Positions 60,861 to 64,000 of a DNA stretch of 64,000 nucleotides are shown piece by piece. The stretch's first letter is position 1. Each line of letters starts with the position of its first letter. Source of the DNA: Acidimicrobiaceae bacterium (GTDB taxonomy: Bacteria; Actinomycetota; Acidimicrobiia; Acidimicrobiales; RAAP-2); the NCBI GenBank assembly GCA_003132305.1, contig PKXJ01000011.1, positions 48,977-112,976 on the forward strand. The letters run 5' to 3'. The notes beneath the pieces were generated by a model. The model was not told the origin of the DNA, made no database searches, and saw only the letters and a list, made by a program, of their open reading frames with translations. Both the position numbers and the translations under genes were made by a program.

Positions 60861-61499
60861 TCACGCTCCTAACAGGGCGAAGGCCCCTCGAGCACTCGAG
60901 ACGAAGCCTTCGACCATGTCGCGGTCTTTCTTCCCGGGGCCGCTCTCCACCCCACTGGCACAGTCCACGCCCCACGCCGTCGTGACGCTGATGACCTTCG
61001 CCACGTTGCTCGGGTTCAGACCGCCGGCCGCAATGACCGGTACCGCAAAGTGTCGCTCGCGCAGTCGATCCCACGCGTGGGTGACACCCGAGCCCGGTCG
61101 TGGCCCGTCGATCAACACGGCGTCCACGCCCGACTCGTCGTAGTGTTCGAACTCGGCGTCTTCGATGTTGAGCGCTTTTACGATCAACAGCGATCGTTCA
61201 CGCATCGTCTCGAGGAGTTTCGCACTCAACGACCCGTGGACTTGGACCACGTCAACGTCGAGCGCGTCGAGGTGCTCGAAAATGAACTCGTCGTCGTTGT
61301 CGCGAAACACGGCGCATCGAATGATCTCTCCGTTCGTCGCGGCAGCGATCTCACGTGCTTGATCGAGGGTCACCCGTCGAGGCGACGCCGCCAGGATCAG
61401 TCCGAGCGCACTGGCGCCCGAACTCACCACCATTTTGGCGTCCGAGACGTTCGTCACGCCACAGACCTTCACGAAGCCTCGATCAATGGCCCTAGGCAC
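60861..61499 (-). CDS. trpF: phosphoribosylanthranilate isomerase (stand-alone)
   Basis: 212 aa. [20 protein letters not shown] motifs. 1 nt before trpB, 8-nt overlap with trpC. Confidence 0.85.
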   Translation of the reverse strand: MPRAIDRGFVKVCGVTNVSDAKMVVSSGASALGLILAASPRRVTLDQAREIAAATNGEIIRCAVFRDNDDEFIFEHLDALDVDVVQVHGSLSAKLLETMRERSLLIVKALNIEDAEFEHYDESGVDAVLIDGPRPGSGVTHAWDRLRERHFAVPVIAAGGLNPSNVAKVISVTTAWGVDCASGVESGPGKKDRDMVEGFVSSARGAFALLGA

Positions 61500-62289
61500 G
61501 AAGGACGCTTGGCACCAACGCGAAGGCCTTCACGATGGCGCTGGGATCGGGTGCCGTGATGAAAGCTTCGCCCACCAGTACCGCGTCAAAGCCCGCCTGC
61601 GCCGCTCGCTCGACGTCAGCAACCTCCGAGAGACCGGACTCACAGACCGTGAGGCACTCACGGGGTAGCGCGTCCATGACCGAGGCGGCGTGCTCGGCGT
61701 CCACGTCAAAGGTGTTCAGATCTCGCTGATTGACGCCGACGATGCGTGCGCCACTATCGAGGGCCCGACGAGCTTCTTTCACGTCGTGCACTTCGACGAG
61801 CGCGTCGATTCCACAGCTCTCCGCCAGTTCAATAAATGAGACGAGTTCGTCGTTACTCAGCGCCGCGACAATTAAGAGCACCGCGCTCGCACCCGCTTGC
61901 GCGGCGTCGAGTACGTCGTTGGCGCTGACGGTGAAGTCTTTACGAAGAACGGGCAGTTCCACGCTCTTGTGAACTCTTTGAAGATCCTCGAGCGATCCAT
62001 CGAAGAAGTCGTGGTCGGTCAATACCGACACGGCGCTCGCCCCACTGTCGCGATAGATCTTGGCGAGCGCGACGACGTCAAGATCAGGCGCCAGCGGACC
62101 CTTCGAAGGTGAGCGGCGCTTGATTTCGGCGATGACTTTAATGAAGGGCGAAGAGCCCTTTCGAAGAACGAGCGCGAACGACGGACCGTCGTAGCGAACC
62201 TCATCGACGCGAGCACGCCAATCGCGTTGGTCCTTCGCGGCACGCTGACGATGGTTCTCTAAGATTGCGTCGAGGTACGTGGGCGCCAT
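61492..62289 (-). CDS. trpC: indole-3-glycerol phosphate synthase
   Basis: 265 aa. EIKRRSPSKG, LRKDF, VGVNQRDL motifs. Confidence 0.9.
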   Translation of the reverse strand: MAPTYLDAILENHRQRAAKDQRDWRARVDEVRYDGPSFALVLRKGSSPFIKVIAEIKRRSPSKGPLAPDLDVVALAKIYRDSGASAVSVLTDHDFFDGSLEDLQRVHKSVELPVLRKDFTVSANDVLDAAQAGASAVLLIVAALSNDELVSFIELAESCGIDALVEVHDVKEARRALDSGARIVGVNQRDLNTFDVDAEHAASVMDALPRECLTVCESGLSEVADVERAAQAGFDAVLVGEAFITAPDPSAIVKAFALVPSVLRA

Positions 62290-62299
62290 CTAGGAATCG

Positions 62300-62332
62300 T
62301 AGTTGTGGGGACCGGGTCATCGTCCACGACTA
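62300..62332. promoter_or_regulatory. imperfect inverted repeat in the trpC/trpD divergent region
   Basis: TAGTTGTGG-n15-CCACGACTA (8 of 9 positions complementary) within the 85-bp intergenic spacer. Confidence 0.2.
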
Positions 62333-62374
62333 TCGTGTCGCTATGTCAGCGCTCGGTTTCGTTGGGTTCTCGCG

Positions 62375-63391
62375 ATGAACTCGTTTGCCCTCGACGTACT
62401 GAACCCACTGGTGCGTGGCACCAACCTCGAACGCGACGAGGCGCGTCTCGCGCTCAGCGAAATTCTCGAGGGACGCGTGGACGCGGTTCTCATCGCCAGC
62501 TTCCTCACCGCCCTCACCGCCAAGGGCGAAACGGCCGAGGAGATGACGGGTTTCATCGACGCCATGATCAACGCCGCGACCACGTTCACTATTGGACCCG
62601 ACGTCATCGACGTCGTAGGAACCGGCGGGGATCAGTTGCACAGCGTCAACGTGTCGACGATGGCGGCGCTCGCGGTCGCCGGTTGTGGCGTGCCCGTGGC
62701 CAAGCACGGCAATCGGGCCGCGTCATCGTCCGTGGGGTCCGCGGACGTCCTCGAAGCCCTCGGCGTTCGACTCGACGCCCCCGAGGAGGTCGTGCGCGCC
62801 TGCGTGAAGGGGGCGGGCATTGGCTTCTTGTTCGCGCCGAACTTCCACCACGCACTCGGTTATCTCACGCCCATTCGACGAGCCCTCGGCTTTCGCACGG
62901 TCTTCAACATTCTCGGACCAATGGCCAACCCCGCCCTCGTGCAACGATCGCTCATTGGCGTGGCGCAGCGACCTCTCCTCGACAAGATGGCCCGCGTCGT
63001 GCAAGCCCGCGAGATGCGCTACGTGATCCTCGTGAACGCGGACGATGGTCTCGACGAACTATCACTCGGTTCGGCTTCGACACTGCACTTCATCTCCCCC
63101 GACGGGCACGCCGTCGAGCGAATGAACGCGGGTGAAGAGCTCGGGATTCACCACGACGCGGCGAGCATCCGCGGCGGCAGCACCGCGGTCAACGTCCGCG
63201 CCGTGCGCTCGTTCTTGGACGCGAAGCCGGGTCCCGTCTCTGACGTGGTGTGCGCGAACGCGGCGCTCGCCCTGATGGTCGCGGGCCGAGCGTCGTCGCT
63301 GAGTGAAGGATTCGCTCTGGCTCGTGTCAGCGTCGCGGACGGTCACGCGGCGAAGGCGCTCGAACGACTCGTCGCCATTTCGAACGACTAG
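62375..63391 (+). CDS. trpD: anthranilate phosphoribosyltransferase
   Basis: ATG at 62375, 338 aa. VVGTGGD, KHGNRAASS motifs. The track start at 62303 adds an R-rich extension. Confidence 0.9.
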   Translation: MNSFALDVLNPLVRGTNLERDEARLALSEILEGRVDAVLIASFLTALTAKGETAEEMTGFIDAMINAATTFTIGPDVIDVVGTGGDQLHSVNVSTMAALAVAGCGVPVAKHGNRAASSSVGSADVLEALGVRLDAPEEVVRACVKGAGIGFLFAPNFHHALGYLTPIRRALGFRTVFNILGPMANPALVQRSLIGVAQRPLLDKMARVVQAREMRYVILVNADDGLDELSLGSASTLHFISPDGHAVERMNAGEELGIHHDAASIRGGSTAVNVRAVRSFLDAKPGPVSDVVCANAALALMVAGRASSLSEGFALARVSVADGHAAKALERLVAISND

Positions 63392-63903
63392 AGCAGTTTC
63401 AACTCCGCTTTGTAGCGACGGGCGTTCTCGACGTAGAGCGCCGCCGAGGCCACGGCGACCGCTTCGCTGCACGAATCAAGTTTGAGCGTAGCTGGCACCC
63501 CCAGGGCCATGGCGTTCGCGGGCACCTCGGTACGGTTTCGAACGACCGCGCCCGCTCCCACGGTGGCGCCGCTGTGCACTTCGACTTGATGCAGGACGAT
63601 CGATCCACTGCCCACCAGGACGCGGTCGTGGATCACGCAACCCTCTAAGTGCGCCAGGTGGCCAATCACGCAGTCGCTGCCGATAACCGTCGGGTACTCG
63701 TCCACGGCGTGGACTATCGCGCCGTCTTGAATGGACGTGCGCTCGCCCACGATGACCGTGCCGTAGTCACCCCGCAACACCGCGCCCGGCCAGACGGACG
63801 AGTCGGCGCCCACGCGCACGTCGCCAATGACAACGGCGTCGGGGTGAATGAACGCGTCGGGGTGAATGCTGGGCACTCGACTGCCGAGGGCGTAGACGGG
63901 CAT
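63388..63903 (-). CDS. gamma-carbonic-anhydrase-like hexapeptide-repeat protein
   Basis: 171 aa. Left-handed beta-helix repeats (IHPDAVVIGDVRVGADSSVWPGAVLRGD...) typical of the YrdA/PaaY family. Its stop shares CTAG with trpD. Confidence 0.8.
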   Translation of the reverse strand: MPVYALGSRVPSIHPDAFIHPDAVVIGDVRVGADSSVWPGAVLRGDYGTVIVGERTSIQDGAIVHAVDEYPTVIGSDCVIGHLAHLEGCVIHDRVLVGSGSIVLHQVEVHSGATVGAGAVVRNRTEVPANAMALGVPATLKLDSCSEAVAVASAALYVENARRYKAELKLL

Positions 63904-64000
63904 GATGGACCTCCTAGTGGACTATCCACGAAATTAACTGATACGCCCGCCATCCGAGATAGACGATTGAGGCGACGATGAAAAAGCGCCACCGCCAGGG

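Overview
This is a GC-rich, densely coding chromosomal window with about 60 supportable CDS and one tRNA. I saw no rRNA, CRISPR array, transposase or integrase. Gene content and order look actinobacterial (Actinomycetota).

Main blocks:
- One long minus-strand array (22.1-34.7 kb) carries mpa/arc, dop, pup, prcB, prcA and pafA (a complete, compact Pup-proteasome system). It continues with a decayed lepB relic, tatA, tatC, helY, a long ThyX-like gene, a DUF4193-like gene and a GNAT.
- Central metabolism: tkt-tal-fbiC, gltBD, thiO-thiS, trpD | trpCFBA, and acs with a satP-type acetate channel.
- The least housekeeping-like region is 7.0-17.0 kb. A MarR-headed operon (acetoacetate-decarboxylase-fold enzyme, LigB-type extradiol dioxygenase, aldehyde dehydrogenase, FAH-family enzyme) sits directly beside a glutamine-synthetase-like ligase, a cytochrome P450, a PuuD/C26-type gamma-glutamyl hydrolase and an APC permease. 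I read this as a candidate gamma-glutamylation-dependent (aromatic) amine catabolic island. That reading is inference only.

Other points worth a second look:
- two gene relics, lepB and the C-terminus of an FNR-type reductase
- a perfect CRP-type palindrome upstream of satP
- a 368-nt unexplained leader before a permease gene
- tandem crcB genes with no recognisable fluoride riboswitch
- a secreted repeat protein with a His-less LytM-like tail
- several small ORFs below the 60-aa track cut-off
- convergent gene pairs that share palindromic CTAG/TTAA stop tetranucleotides

I found no clear-cut defence or mobile system. Many long ORFs in the track are antisense or off-frame artefacts of high GC. 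All functional calls rest on motif recognition by eye, not on database searches.
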